A stretch of DNA of 64,000 nt from Candidatus Auribacterota bacterium. GTDB taxonomy: Bacteria; Auribacterota; Tritonobacteria; UBA1439. A program made the position numbers and the translations under genes. Shown here piece after piece: positions 23,437 through 33,990 of this stretch (positions are counted from its first letter, which is position 1; the number at the start of each line of letters is the position of its first letter). The DNA lies in contig JAPLCX010000059.1 of assembly GCA_026392035.1 (NCBI GenBank), forward strand, positions 82 to 64,081, read 5' to 3'. Under the pieces are notes generated by a model. The model searched no databases, was not told the DNA's origin, and saw only the letters and a program-made list of their open reading frames with translations.

Positions 23437-26097
23437 ATGGAATCGAGTGAAATACGGCAGCAATTTATCGACTACTTTTGCAATCTTGGCCACCGCCATG
23501 TGCCGAGCGCCCCGCTCATCCCGGCTGACGACCCCACGCTCCTTTTCACAAATGCGGGGATGAACCAATTCAAGGATGTTTTCCTGGGCACCGGCACGAG
23601 GGATTATCCGCGCGCGGTAAATTCACAGAAGTGCATGCGTGTTTCCGGCAAGCACAATGACCTCGATGATGTCGGGAGGGATACCTACCACCACACGTTT
23701 TTCGAGATGCTCGGAAACTGGTCTTTCGGCGATTACTACAAGCGCGAGGCGATTGAGTGGGCCTGGAATCTTCTCACGGCAAAATGGAAGATATCGCCTG
23801 AGCGACTCTGGGCAACGGTTTTCACGGGCGACGATGAGGCTGCCCGCATCTGGCCTGAGGTCAGCGGGATCAGTCCCGAGCGCGTACTCCGCTTCGCTGA
23901 AGATGAGAATTTCTGGGAGATGGCTGAGACCGGTCCCTGCGGCCCTTGCTCTGAGATCCATATCGATATGGGGGAAAAACATTGTCTCCGGAGGGGAGAG
24001 CCGGGACACCGCTGCGTGGTAAACGGCAATTGCGGCAGATACATGGAGATATGGAATCTCGTGTTCATTCAATACAACAAGGATGAGCAGGGCGCCCTTC
24101 AGCCATTGCCGAAAAGGCATGTTGATACCGGCATGGGCTTTGAGCGCCTGGTGGCGGTTCTGCAGGGGGTGGACTCGAATTACGCGACCGATCTGTTTGT
24201 TCCGATTTTGGCTGCGCTGGAGGAGGCAGCCGGTGAGCGGTTCGCGCCCGACAGCCCGCACGCGACCCCCTTCCGGGTGATTGCGGACCATCTGCGCGGC
24301 CTGAGTTTTGCCATCGCCGACGGCGCCCTCCCCTCGAATGAAGGGCGCGGCTATGTCCTCCGTATGCTCCTGAGGCGCGCGGTTCGCTACGGACGCACGC
24401 TCGGGATCGAGGAACCGTTCCTCTACAGGATGGTGCCCGTGGTGGCGTCAATCATGGGGAACGCGTACCCGGAACTGGTACAGCATCGAGAACATGTGAG
24501 CAGGGTGATACTTTCCGAGGAGGAGAGGTTTCATAACACGCTCAGCTTCGGCCTCGAGTTGCTCTCTGAGATAATCAAGAACGCGAAAACGAATGGCCAG
24601 AAGGCCCTTGCCGGGAAAGATGTCTTCAAGCTCTACGACACCTACGGTTTCCCGGTCGACCTCACGGGCATGATCGCGAGGGAGGAAGGCCTCTCGATTG
24701 ACGAAAAGACTTTCAAGGAACTCATGGAGGGCCAGAGAGAGAGAGCCCGGGTGACATGGAAAGCCGCTCCCGCCGGCAGGACAGCCGCGGTGTATAGAGA
24801 GATCTTGGAACGCGGCGGCGGGACGGAGTTTTGCGGATACGAGAGGCTCTCGGTTGAAGCGACGATTACGGCGCTTCTCAAGCAGGGAAGGGAGGTGGAC
24901 AACCTCGCGGAAGGGGAGGAGGGCGAGCTCGTCCTCGACAGGACGCCATTCTATGCTGAGGCGGGCGGGCAGGTTGGCGATGAGGGGCGGATCTGCAGCG
25001 ATACGGCTACCGCCCTGGTCTTCGGTACCCAGTCCCCCCTCCCTGGCCTCGTCGTCCACCGGGTGAAGATGATCAACGGTGGGGTGCGGGGGGGGGAGCG
25101 GGTGAAGGCCGAGGTGAACGAGGGGAAAAGGCTGGAGACCGCGAGAAATCACACCGCGACGCATCTTCTCCAGAATGCCCTCAAACAGGTACTGGGTGAG
25201 CACATCAAGCAGTCGGGCTCCCTCGTGGCGCCGGGCCGGCTGCGGTTTGACTTCACCCACTTTACGGCGATGTCTCCGAGAGAGATCGAACGGGTGGAGG
25301 AGATTGTCAACAAGCGGATCCGTGAAAACGCGCGGGTTGGGGTATATGAAATGCTATTCGAGGAAGTTCGCACGAAGGATATCATTGCGATCTTCGGGGA
25401 AAGGTACGGTGACAGGGTTCGCGTCATCGATATCGGGGAATACAGCAGGGAGCTCTGCGGGGGGACGCACGTCAATGCGGTCGGGCAGATCGGGCTGTTC
25501 ACAATACTCGGTGAGGCCTCCGTCGCTGCGGGGGTGCGGCGCATTGAGGCCCTGAGTGGCGAGGCGGCGTTCCACCTGTTGAGGAAGCGGGAGCGCCAGA
25601 TCGCGGAGCTCGCAGAGATGCTCAAGGTTGAATCAGACAAGGTCGTGGAGAGGGTGGATGCGCTCCGTGGAGAGTGCAAAAGTCTCAAGAAACGAGCCGG
25701 CCGTGAGCACGAGAAGGAAGCGATCGGTGACGTCTCAGAACTCATTCGCGAGGCGATGGACGTGGGGGGGATTCAGGTAGTTGCCGCCGAGCTCAAAGGG
25801 CTCCAGGTCGATGGTCTGAGAAACGCCGGGGATCGGATCAGGCAAAAGCTTGGGTCTGGAGTAATTCTCCTCGGGGCACGCCATGACAACAACGCGCACC
25901 TTATCTGCATGGTGAGCGAAGACCTGGTTAAAAAGGGCCTCCACGCCGGCGCGATTGTGAAGGATATTGCCAAAGTCATAGGGGGAAGCGGCGGCGGGCG
26001 GCCTCAGATTGCCCAGGCGGGTGGGCCCCGGGCAGACAAGCTAGTTGAGGCCCTTCAGGAGGCCCGCGACGTCATCGGGAAGATGATAAAAAAATAG
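23437..26097 (+). CDS. alaS: alanine--tRNA ligase
   Basis: 886 aa. The class II core, the editing-domain motif HTATHLL and the C-terminal DHHA1-like region are all present. Confidence 0.95.
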   Translation: MESSEIRQQFIDYFCNLGHRHVPSAPLIPADDPTLLFTNAGMNQFKDVFLGTGTRDYPRAVNSQKCMRVSGKHNDLDDVGRDTYHHTFFEMLGNWSFGDYYKREAIEWAWNLLTAKWKISPERLWATVFTGDDEAARIWPEVSGISPERVLRFAEDENFWEMAETGPCGPCSEIHIDMGEKHCLRRGEPGHRCVVNGNCGRYMEIWNLVFIQYNKDEQGALQPLPKRHVDTGMGFERLVAVLQGVDSNYATDLFVPILAALEEAAGERFAPDSPHATPFRVIADHLRGLSFAIADGALPSNEGRGYVLRMLLRRAVRYGRTLGIEEPFLYRMVPVVASIMGNAYPELVQHREHVSRVILSEEERFHNTLSFGLELLSEIIKNAKTNGQKALAGKDVFKLYDTYGFPVDLTGMIAREEGLSIDEKTFKELMEGQRERARVTWKAAPAGRTAAVYREILERGGGTEFCGYERLSVEATITALLKQGREVDNLAEGEEGELVLDRTPFYAEAGGQVGDEGRICSDTATALVFGTQSPLPGLVVHRVKMINGGVRGGERVKAEVNEGKRLETARNHTATHLLQNALKQVLGEHIKQSGSLVAPGRLRFDFTHFTAMSPREIERVEEIVNKRIRENARVGVYEMLFEEVRTKDIIAIFGERYGDRVRVIDIGEYSRELCGGTHVNAVGQIGLFTILGEASVAAGVRRIEALSGEAAFHLLRKRERQIAELAEMLKVESDKVVERVDALRGECKSLKKRAGREHEKEAIGDVSELIREAMDVGGIQVVAAELKGLQVDGLRNAGDRIRQKLGSGVILLGARHDNNAHLICMVSEDLVKKGLHAGAIVKDIAKVIGGSGGGRPQIAQAGGPRADKLVEALQEARDVIGKMIKK

Positions 26098-26119
26098 TCG
26101 CAGGAAGCTTTTCCACAGT

Positions 26120-27340
26120 ATGAGCGCATTTGAAAAAAAGGTGGCCCTGATCATTGAGCAGGTGAGGCGGGGGGGGGACCGCGCGCTCGTCCGCTTCACC
26201 AGGGACTACGACCGCGTGCGCATCCGGCAAGGCGGGATCCGTGTCACCAGGGGGGAAATTGCGGCTGCCCTCAAGGAAACGGGCGCCGGTTTTACGCGAT
26301 TCGTGAGGAGGATGGGCAGGAATGTTTCGTCCTATCACAGGAAGCAGGTGTCAGCCGCCAGATTTTTCAAGAACGTTCATGGAGCCCAGGTCGGCTGGCT
26401 CTATCGTCCCGTCGAGAAAGTGGGTGTGTATCTCCCTGCGGGGAGTGCCCCACTGGTGTCCACGGCCCTGATGACCATTGTGCCGGCGAAGGTAGCGGGC
26501 GTTCGTGAGATCGTCGTCGCAACGCCCCCCGGTAAGAACGGGAGGATCAATCCGTTCCTCCTTGCCGCCTGCCACGAGCTGGGCGCGAATTGTATCGTCG
26601 GCATTGGCGGGGCCCAGGCGATCGCGGCGATGGCATTCGGGACGCGGAGCGTCCCCAGGGTTGATATGATTGTCGGCCCTGGCAATAGGTATGTCACCGA
26701 GGCAAAGCGCCAGCTCTACGGGAAGGTGGGAATTGATATGACTGCGGGGCCGAGCGAGGTGGCGATTATCGCTGACTGCACCGCTCATCCGTCATTCATT
26801 GCCGCCGATCTTCTGGCGCAGGCGGAGCACGACCCTCTGAGTACCGCCGTTCTCTTAACGCCCTCCGTGCGGCTCCTGCGCCGGGTGAGGAGAGAGATTC
26901 AGAATCAGTTGCAGTCGCTCGAAAGAAAAGAGATACTCTCTAAGGCGATGGCGCGCGGCCTCAAACTTATTAAATGCCGCAGCCTCGGCGATGCGGTGGC
27001 AAGGGTCAACCTGATGGCTCCTGAGCATCTCGAGATCATTGTCCGCGATCCCGGGGAGATTCTCATGGGGATCCGTCATGCGGGAGCCATCTTCGTGGGG
27101 GCATACAGCCCCACCGTGTTGGGTGATTATGTCGCGGGGCCGAGCCATGTGCTCCCCACGGGCGGGACGGCCAGGTATTTTTCTGTGCTCTCGATTGATA
27201 CTTTTTTGAAGCGCGTGAGCGTGGTGAGATATGGCAGGGCTTCGCTCAGAAAGGCCTCTCGGTCGGCAGAGCGCCTGGCCATGCTGGAGGGACTCGGTGC
27301 ACACGCGAGGTCCATCCGGCTGAGATTGGAAAAGAAATAG
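26120..27340 (+). CDS. hisD: histidinol dehydrogenase
   Basis: GPSEVAIIADCTAHPSFIAADLLAQAEHDP is the HisD signature. Confidence 0.9.
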   Translation: MSAFEKKVALIIEQVRRGGDRALVRFTRDYDRVRIRQGGIRVTRGEIAAALKETGAGFTRFVRRMGRNVSSYHRKQVSAARFFKNVHGAQVGWLYRPVEKVGVYLPAGSAPLVSTALMTIVPAKVAGVREIVVATPPGKNGRINPFLLAACHELGANCIVGIGGAQAIAAMAFGTRSVPRVDMIVGPGNRYVTEAKRQLYGKVGIDMTAGPSEVAIIADCTAHPSFIAADLLAQAEHDPLSTAVLLTPSVRLLRRVRREIQNQLQSLERKEILSKAMARGLKLIKCRSLGDAVARVNLMAPEHLEIIVRDPGEILMGIRHAGAIFVGAYSPTVLGDYVAGPSHVLPTGGTARYFSVLSIDTFLKRVSVVRYGRASLRKASRSAERLAMLEGLGAHARSIRLRLEKK

Positions 27341-27427
27341 TAAGGACGCGATACGCGCCTCAGTATTGACAGGGATATCATGCAAAAGAAAATTTCCTTA
27401 CTATTTCAGCGCGCTCAAGGGAAAGAG

Positions 27428-28483
27428 ATGAGCCCCATTCGCAAAAACATAGCGCGGATGGAGGGGTATAAGCCGGGCGAGCAGCCGTCTACCACGGATT
27501 ACATCAAGCTCAATACGAACGAGAATCCCTATCCGCCCTCGCCGCGCGTCCAAAAGGCGCTGGTCGCCGAGATTGAGCGGCTCCGCCTCTATCCGGATCC
27601 GATGGCGACCAGGCTGCGGGAGAGAATCGCCGAACTCCATCAGGTACCGCTGGAAAATATTCTCGTGGGGAATGGCTCTGATGAACTTCTGACAATCGTG
27701 ATCCGGACATTTACCGACAGGGGCGATCTTGTGGCGAGTCCCTCACCAACGTACACACTTTACAAGACATTGTGTGAGATACAGGGGGCGCGGTACGTCC
27801 CCGTTGAATACCGGGATGACTACTCGCTGAACGAGAATCTGATCCCCTCACGGGCGAAGATTGTTTTCGTCGCCAACCCCAACTCCCCTTCCGGGACGCT
27901 CCTGCCGGAGGAAACCCTTGCCAAAATCGCGGCCACTATCTCCGGCGTCCTCGTCATTGATGAGGCGTATGTGGATTTCTCCAGGAAGAACTGCCTGGGT
28001 CTCTTGAAGAACCACACAAATGTGATCATCCTGCGCACCCTCTCGAAGTCATTCTCACTCGCGGGGCTGAGGATTGGCTATGCGCTCGCCGATAAGGATA
28101 TCATCGCAAATTTCATCAAAGTCAAAGATTCATACAATGTGAGCCGGCTGGCGATCGCGGGCGGCCTCGCGGCACTGAGCGACCTCGAATGGATGAGGGC
28201 GAATATCCGGAAAATAATCGGCACCAGGAGGCGACTCATATGGGGGCTTGAAGAGCTCGGCTTCTCTGTGTACCCCTCGGAAGCCAATTTTGTGCTCGCG
28301 AGGCTCGACGCCTTCCCGGCCGACCAGCTATACCGGCAACTCAAGAGAAAGAAAATTCTCGTGCGCTATTACGACACCCCGTGCTTAAGAAACTGCCTGA
28401 GGATCAGCGTGGGGACAGACCGCGAAATAAAGCAGCTCGTCATTCATATTGCGGAGATCATGGGCTGGAGGAGCAGGAGTTAA
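27428..28483 (+). CDS. hisC: histidinol-phosphate aminotransferase
   Basis: It is a class II aminotransferase with KLNTNENPYPPSP and the PLP lysine region LRTLSKSFSLAGLRIGY. The start is chosen at MSPIRKN. Confidence 0.85.
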   Translation: MSPIRKNIARMEGYKPGEQPSTTDYIKLNTNENPYPPSPRVQKALVAEIERLRLYPDPMATRLRERIAELHQVPLENILVGNGSDELLTIVIRTFTDRGDLVASPSPTYTLYKTLCEIQGARYVPVEYRDDYSLNENLIPSRAKIVFVANPNSPSGTLLPEETLAKIAATISGVLVIDEAYVDFSRKNCLGLLKNHTNVIILRTLSKSFSLAGLRIGYALADKDIIANFIKVKDSYNVSRLAIAGGLAALSDLEWMRANIRKIIGTRRRLIWGLEELGFSVYPSEANFVLARLDAFPADQLYRQLKRKKILVRYYDTPCLRNCLRISVGTDREIKQLVIHIAEIMGWRSRS

Positions 28484-28555
28484 CTACGGCTCAAAGTTGA
28501 AGGTGTAAAGTTTAAAGTAGGTTAACGATACACTCATGACGAATGGGGGCATGAG

Positions 28556-29146
28556 ATGGCAGCCAGAAAAGTAACGGTCAACAGGAAAACCCGCGAGACG
28601 GATATCCGGATGCAGGTCAATCTCGACGGGACGGGAGCCTCGCGCATCTGCACGGGGATCGGCATCTTCGATCACATGCTCGAGCTCTTTTCAAAACACT
28701 CACGCATAGACATGGTTCTCACTGCGCGGGGAGACCTCCGGGTCGATGCGCACCATACCGTGGAGGATATAGGAATCTGCCTGGGCGAGGGGATCAAGAA
28801 AGCCCTCGGCCGCAAGGAGGGCATTGCCCGATACGGGTTCTGCAATCTCCCGATGGATGAGGCACTGGCCTCGATAGCGATTGACCTGAGCGGGCGTTCC
28901 TACCTCCGGTACGAGGCAAAGCTGGGGAGGAGGAAGATCGGGGGTTTTGATCTCCAGCTCATCGAGGAGTTTTTTCAGTCCTTCGTGAACCATGCCGGCC
29001 TCACCCTGCACATCGAGATGCTCAGCGGCAGGAATCCCCACCACATCATAGAGGCGATTTTTAAGGGTGTGGCGAGGGCAATGGCAATGGCGATCAGCAG
29101 GAGCGGAAAGAAGAGGGGGATCCCCTCGACCAAAGGCGCGCTGTAG
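28556..29146 (+). CDS. hisB: imidazoleglycerol-phosphate dehydratase
   Basis: TRETDIRMQVNLDGTG...HHIIEAIFKGVARA is the IGPD signature. Confidence 0.9.
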   Translation: MAARKVTVNRKTRETDIRMQVNLDGTGASRICTGIGIFDHMLELFSKHSRIDMVLTARGDLRVDAHHTVEDIGICLGEGIKKALGRKEGIARYGFCNLPMDEALASIAIDLSGRSYLRYEAKLGRRKIGGFDLQLIEEFFQSFVNHAGLTLHIEMLSGRNPHHIIEAIFKGVARAMAMAISRSGKKRGIPSTKGAL

Positions 29147-29166
29147 CGCACGAGAGGGGAAAGGCC

Positions 29167-29838
29167 ATGCCCAGGGTTCTGATCCTCGACTACGGGATGG
29201 GGAATCTCCACAGCGTCCGGAAGGCGTTTGAGGTATGCGGCTGCACGGCTGCCCTCTCGCACAGCGCCGGGGAAATACAGACGTGCGATGCGCTGGTGGT
29301 CCCCGGCGTGGGTTCTTTCGGCGATTGTGTGTTAAACCTGAGTCGCCTGGGACTGAGAGAAGCGCTCGCGAACTATATACAATCAGGGAAACCGTATCTC
29401 GGCCTCTGCCTGGGCCTCCAGATCCTTTTCTCGTCGAGCGAAGAATCTCCAGGAATTCAGGGGCTGGATGTGTTTCATGGGCGGGTGAGAAGGTTCACTC
29501 ACGAACTTAAAATCCCGCACATGGGGTGGAACACCCTGACCTTTATACCGGCCCGCGCGGGGGATCGTTCACGCAGCCAACCATCCGTCGGCGCGGATGC
29601 GGAGTGCCCGTTGTTCAGGGGGATTGAGGATGGCGCGTACGTCTACTTCGTTCACTCGTATTACCCCGAAATCATTGAACGCGGGATCATCGCTGCGACA
29701 ACTGACTATGGCGTGACATTTGCGTCGGCGGTGTGGCGGGGCGCTCTCATGGCTACACAGTTTCACCCCGAAAAGAGCCAGCGCGTCGGCCTGGCGATGA
29801 TCAGGAACTTTATCGAGTTTGTGGAGTCAAAAGAGTAA
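29167..29838 (+). CDS. hisH: imidazole glycerol phosphate synthase, glutamine amidotransferase subunit
   Basis: The catalytic Cys lies in LGLCLGLQ and the catalytic His/Glu in QFHPEKS. Confidence 0.9.
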   Translation: MPRVLILDYGMGNLHSVRKAFEVCGCTAALSHSAGEIQTCDALVVPGVGSFGDCVLNLSRLGLREALANYIQSGKPYLGLCLGLQILFSSSEESPGIQGLDVFHGRVRRFTHELKIPHMGWNTLTFIPARAGDRSRSQPSVGADAECPLFRGIEDGAYVYFVHSYYPEIIERGIIAATTDYGVTFASAVWRGALMATQFHPEKSQRVGLAMIRNFIEFVESKE

Positions 29839-29883
29839 AGCAATCTGCATTGACGGTGAGTTGGTTGCAACAACTGGTTGTGT

Positions 29884-30642
29884 ATGCTTATCATTCCGGC
29901 AATTGATATAAAGAACGGCAAATGCGTGAGGCTCTACCAGGGGAGAGAGGATCGAGAAACTGTCTATGGAGACGATCCCGGCGCCATGGCGGTCCGCTGG
30001 CAGCAGGGCGGAGCTCAGTACCTCCATGTGGTCGACCTCGATGGGGCGTTCAAGGGCGCGCCCCAGAACCTGCGGACGGTCAAGGAGTTACTTGAGCGGG
30101 TGACCATTCCCGTGGAATTTGGGGGTGGCCTGAGAGATATCGGGGCAATCAGGCAGGTGTTCAAGATGGGGGTTGATAGGGTGGTTCTCGGCACGGCCGC
30201 GATCCGAGACAGGGATTTCCTCAGGGCGGCGGTGAAGGAGTACGGGCGGCAGATTTTTGTGGGGCTCGACATAAAAGAGGGGCGCCTCGCCATCGAGGGA
30301 TGGACAAGGATCGCTGGAGTGAGCCCGCGCCGGATACTTCCCGAACTTCAGGAAATCGGAGTGGGGGGGGTGGTGTGCACCGATGTGCTGACTGACGGGG
30401 CCATGTCCGGTCCGAATTTCAAAGTTCTGGATGAGATACTGGCCTCGTGCCCCATCAGCGTCATCGCCTCAGGCGGGGTGAGCTCGGTTGAGCACGTGAG
30501 GCGGCTCAGGGCCCTGCGTGGAGGCACGCTCTTTGGCGTGATTATCGGGAGAGCGCTCTACTCGGGAGACATCGAGTTGCGCGAGGCATTTGATGCGGCG
30601 GCTGACCGGGGCGAGCCCGAGAGGAGCGCGCCGCCATGCTAG
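29884..30642 (+). CDS. hisA: 1-(5-phosphoribosyl)-5-[(5-phosphoribosylamino)methylideneamino]imidazole-4-carboxamide isomerase
   Basis: [15 protein letters not shown] plus a TIM-barrel. The start is the ATG two codons inside the ORF-track start. Confidence 0.85.
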   Translation: MLIIPAIDIKNGKCVRLYQGREDRETVYGDDPGAMAVRWQQGGAQYLHVVDLDGAFKGAPQNLRTVKELLERVTIPVEFGGGLRDIGAIRQVFKMGVDRVVLGTAAIRDRDFLRAAVKEYGRQIFVGLDIKEGRLAIEGWTRIAGVSPRRILPELQEIGVGGVVCTDVLTDGAMSGPNFKVLDEILASCPISVIASGGVSSVEHVRRLRALRGGTLFGVIIGRALYSGDIELREAFDAAADRGEPERSAPPC

Positions 30643-31391
30643 CCAAGAGGATCATCCCCTGCCTCGACGTCAAAGAGGGCAGGGTCGTCAAGGGGGTCAA
30701 TTTCGTTCGGCTGCGCGATGCCGGCGACCCCGCCGAGGCAGCTCAGGCGTATGACGCGGCGGGAGCCGATGAGCTCGTGTTCCTTGATATCACCGCGTCT
30801 CACGAAAAGAGGCCGACGCTCATTGATGTGGTGCGGCGCACGGCGGACCTCATCTTCCTGCCGCTCACCGTAGGGGGCGGCATCGACGACCTTGACGGTA
30901 TCCGCGCGCTGCTTCTGGCGGGGGCCGATAAGGTATCCATAAATACCGCTGCGGTGGACGATCCCGGCTTCATCAGCCGCGCGGCAAAATCTTTTGGTTC
31001 GCAGTGTATCGTGCTCGCGATTGACGCGCGGAGGAGCGCGGACAGCTGGGAGGTGTACACGCACGGCGGGAGAGAGGCGACGGGAATGGATGCGATCCTC
31101 TGGGCGCGACGCGGCGCCGAGTGCGGCGCTGGAGAGATCCTCCTCACGAGCATGGATGCCGATGGCACGGAAAACGGATACGATCTCGATCTGACACGGC
31201 GGGTCGCGGAGAGTGTCCATGTGCCGGTAATCGCGTCAGGAGGCGCCGGGACCCTTGAACACCTACATGCCGCGCTCACCGCGGGAAAAGCGGACGCGGC
31301 CCTCGCGGCATCGATTTTCCATTTTGGCAAGTATTCAGTTGGGGAGGCCAAGCGCTACCTGAAGGGGAAAGGGATCGAGGTGCGTGTATGA
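30636..31391 (+). CDS. hisF: imidazole glycerol phosphate synthase, cyclase subunit
   Basis: [16 protein letters not shown]...[11 protein letters not shown]. Confidence 0.9.
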   Translation: MLAKRIIPCLDVKEGRVVKGVNFVRLRDAGDPAEAAQAYDAAGADELVFLDITASHEKRPTLIDVVRRTADLIFLPLTVGGGIDDLDGIRALLLAGADKVSINTAAVDDPGFISRAAKSFGSQCIVLAIDARRSADSWEVYTHGGREATGMDAILWARRGAECGAGEILLTSMDADGTENGYDLDLTRRVAESVHVPVIASGGAGTLEHLHAALTAGKADAALAASIFHFGKYSVGEAKRYLKGKGIEVRV

Positions 31392-31771
31392 AGATAGTGC
31401 AGGAGCTTACGTTCGATGAGCGAGGGCTCATTACCGCCATCATCCAGGACGTCCGAACGAACGAGGTCCTGATGGTGGCGCATATGAATAGGGATGCCCT
31501 CATGAAAACGGTGGAATCAGGCATGACCCATTTCTGGAGCCGGTCGAGAAAGAAATTATGGTTGAAGGGTGAATCCTCGGGGCACGTCCAGAGCGTCCGC
31601 GGGATCTTTGTCGACTGCGATGGGGACGCGCTGCTCATCAAGGTTGATCAAAAGGGAGGAGCCTGCCACACGGGATATCGCTCCTGTTTCTATCGCAAGC
31701 TCGCCGCGGGAGATGCCGGGTTTGAGATAGTGGGAGAAAAAGTATTCGAGCCTGATAAGGTGTATAAATAG
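31388..31771 (+). CDS. hisI: phosphoribosyl-AMP cyclohydrolase
   Basis: LITAIIQD...VLMVAHMNR...[17 protein letters not shown]; the metal-binding Cys residues are present. Confidence 0.85.
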   Translation: MKIVQELTFDERGLITAIIQDVRTNEVLMVAHMNRDALMKTVESGMTHFWSRSRKKLWLKGESSGHVQSVRGIFVDCDGDALLIKVDQKGGACHTGYRSCFYRKLAAGDAGFEIVGEKVFEPDKVYK

Positions 31772-31812
31772 CACCGGAGAGCGCACGTGAGTGCCATCAC
31801 AGGATAACGCGC

Positions 31813-33291
31813 ATGTATACCCCGACAAAAAAGGAATTCATTGCAAAGGCGAGCGAGGGGAACCTGATCCCCGTCTATAAGGAGATCATGGCAGACATGG
31901 AGACCCCGCTCTCCGCGTTCCTCAAGCTCGAGCGCGGGCAATACTCCTATCTCCTGGAGAGCGTTGAGGGAGGTGAAAAGGTCGGGCGCTACTCGTTCCT
32001 CGGAAGCAATCCCGAGAGAATTTTCATGGCCAAGGGGAAAAAGATCACTATCGAGGAAAACTCAAAGAGGCGCAGCTTCGAGTGCGCGTCGGACCCGCTC
32101 GACACCCTGGCTCAGATGATGGCCGAATACAGACCGGTCCCGATCAGCGGCCTCCCTCGTTTTTGCGGCGGCGCGGTTGGCTATGTCGCGTACGACGCGG
32201 TTCGCTATTTCGAGAGGCTCCCCGATAAGAATCCGGATGATCTCTGTCTCCCCGATCTCTTTTTTATGATCACGGATACGATTCTCATATTTGATCATGT
32301 GCGCCACACGATTAAAGTTGTGTCCAATGCGCACGTGACCGATACACCGGAGCGTTCCTATGAAGCCGCGATCAGGAAAATAGAACGGATAGAGGCGTGC
32401 ATACGGAACTCTCTCCCCGCAATACAGTTGGAGCTTGCTCCTCCCGCGGGCAGTATATCGTTCAGGTCAAACGTGACACGAGCGGAGTACATATCGATGG
32501 TCGAGAGAGCAAAGGAGTACATCAGGGCGGGCGACGTGATCCAGGTCGTTCCCTCGCAGCGTCTGGAGACGGACGTTCAGGCCCCCCCCTTCAACCTCTA
32601 CCGGGCGCTTCGGTCGATCAACCCCTCGCCGTATATGTTCTACCTCCAATTCGGCGACGTGTATCTCGTGGGCTCCTCGCCGGAGATTCACGTGCGCTGT
32701 GAGGACGGCATCGTGGAGGTCCGTCCCATCGCCGGCACGAGGCCCCGGGGCCGCGACGAGGAAGAGGACCGCGCTCTGGAGCGCGACCTCCTCGCCGACC
32801 CGAAGGAGCGCGCTGAACACATCATGCTCGTGGACCTGGGCAGGAACGACATCGGAAGGGTATGCCGCTACGGGACCGTCACCCCGAAGGCGCTGATGAC
32901 CATCGAGCGTTACTCGCACGTGATGCACATCGTCTCAGACATTCAGGGGAGATTGTGCGAGGGGAAGAACGCTTTTGATGTGATGAGGGCATCATTCCCC
33001 GCGGGTACCGTTTCGGGAGCGCCCAAGATCAGGGCGATGGAAATTATCGACGAACTGGAAAATCGGAGGCGCGGCCCGTACGCGGGGGCCGTCGGCTACT
33101 TCAGCTTTACCGGGAATCTCGACTCATGCATTACCATCAGGACCATCCTCGTCAAGGGCGGGAAGGCGTACATTCAGGCGGGTGGAGGGATCGTCGCCGA
33201 CTCGGTCCCCGAGACAGAGTATGAGGAGACCCTGAATAAGGCCCAAGCGATGCTGCGGGCGATCGCAATGGCGGAGGGGCTCCACAAGTGA
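31813..33291 (+). CDS. trpE: anthranilate synthase component I
   Basis: 492 aa. LESVEGGEKVGRYSF and the chorismate-binding C-terminus (GAVGYFSFTGNLDSCITIR) are present. Confidence 0.9.
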   Translation: MYTPTKKEFIAKASEGNLIPVYKEIMADMETPLSAFLKLERGQYSYLLESVEGGEKVGRYSFLGSNPERIFMAKGKKITIEENSKRRSFECASDPLDTLAQMMAEYRPVPISGLPRFCGGAVGYVAYDAVRYFERLPDKNPDDLCLPDLFFMITDTILIFDHVRHTIKVVSNAHVTDTPERSYEAAIRKIERIEACIRNSLPAIQLELAPPAGSISFRSNVTRAEYISMVERAKEYIRAGDVIQVVPSQRLETDVQAPPFNLYRALRSINPSPYMFYLQFGDVYLVGSSPEIHVRCEDGIVEVRPIAGTRPRGRDEEEDRALERDLLADPKERAEHIMLVDLGRNDIGRVCRYGTVTPKALMTIERYSHVMHIVSDIQGRLCEGKNAFDVMRASFPAGTVSGAPKIRAMEIIDELENRRRGPYAGAVGYFSFTGNLDSCITIRTILVKGGKAYIQAGGGIVADSVPETEYEETLNKAQAMLRAIAMAEGLHK

Positions 33292-33397
33292 AAATCAAAA
33301 ATCCCAGGCTCAAAATCCAAATAAATAAACCCCGGTATTCTCCTCATGTGTTGAAATCTATTGAAATTTATCTCTTTGGGATTTGGGATTTAATCTT

Positions 33398-33967
33398 ATG
33401 ATTCTCGTCATCGACAACTACGACTCGTTCGTCTACAACCTCGTCCAGTACCTCGGGGAATTGGGGCAGGAGCCGGTGGTGTACCGCAACGACCGGATCA
33501 CGGTCGACCAGGCGCGCACCTTGGGCCCGATGCGCATCGTGATCTCGCCGGGCCCCTGCACCCCTCGTGAGGCAGGGGTCTCGAAGGAGATCATCGCCGA
33601 GTTCGCCGGGAAGGTGCCCATCTTGGGCGTGTGCTTGGGCCACCAGTGCATCGGGGAGGTCTTCGGCGGCGAGGTCGTGCGTGCAGATCGATTGATGCAC
33701 GGAAAAACCTCGATGATTTACCACGCGCAGCGCGAACTATTCGATGGCCTTCCGAATCCATTCGAGGCGACACGATATCACTCGCTCATCGTGAAGCGCG
33801 AGAATCTGCCGCAGTGCCTGGAAATAATCGCCGAGACGGAAGAGAAGGAAATCATGGGGCTGAAACACAAGAGGTACCCCGTGTGGGGTGTCCAGTTTCA
33901 CCCGGAGTCGATTCTCACCAGGGACGGCAAGAAGCTGCTGCAGAACTTTCTGGGAGCATCTCCCTGA
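33398..33967 (+). CDS. trpG: anthranilate synthase component II (glutamine amidotransferase)
   Basis: [15 protein letters not shown]. The catalytic Cys lies in GVCLGHQ and the catalytic His in GVQFHPES. It is 190 aa with no TrpD fusion. Confidence 0.85.
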   Translation: MILVIDNYDSFVYNLVQYLGELGQEPVVYRNDRITVDQARTLGPMRIVISPGPCTPREAGVSKEIIAEFAGKVPILGVCLGHQCIGEVFGGEVVRADRLMHGKTSMIYHAQRELFDGLPNPFEATRYHSLIVKRENLPQCLEIIAETEEKEIMGLKHKRYPVWGVQFHPESILTRDGKKLLQNFLGASP

Positions 33968-33990
33968 GCTCGCCACGGGAAGGTAATGCG

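Noticed and set aside
33631-33990. N-terminal 120 aa of ORF 33631-35451
   Set aside because: It overlaps trpG out of frame and is Arg/Gly-rich, which is a GC-artefact. The real gene starts at 33991.
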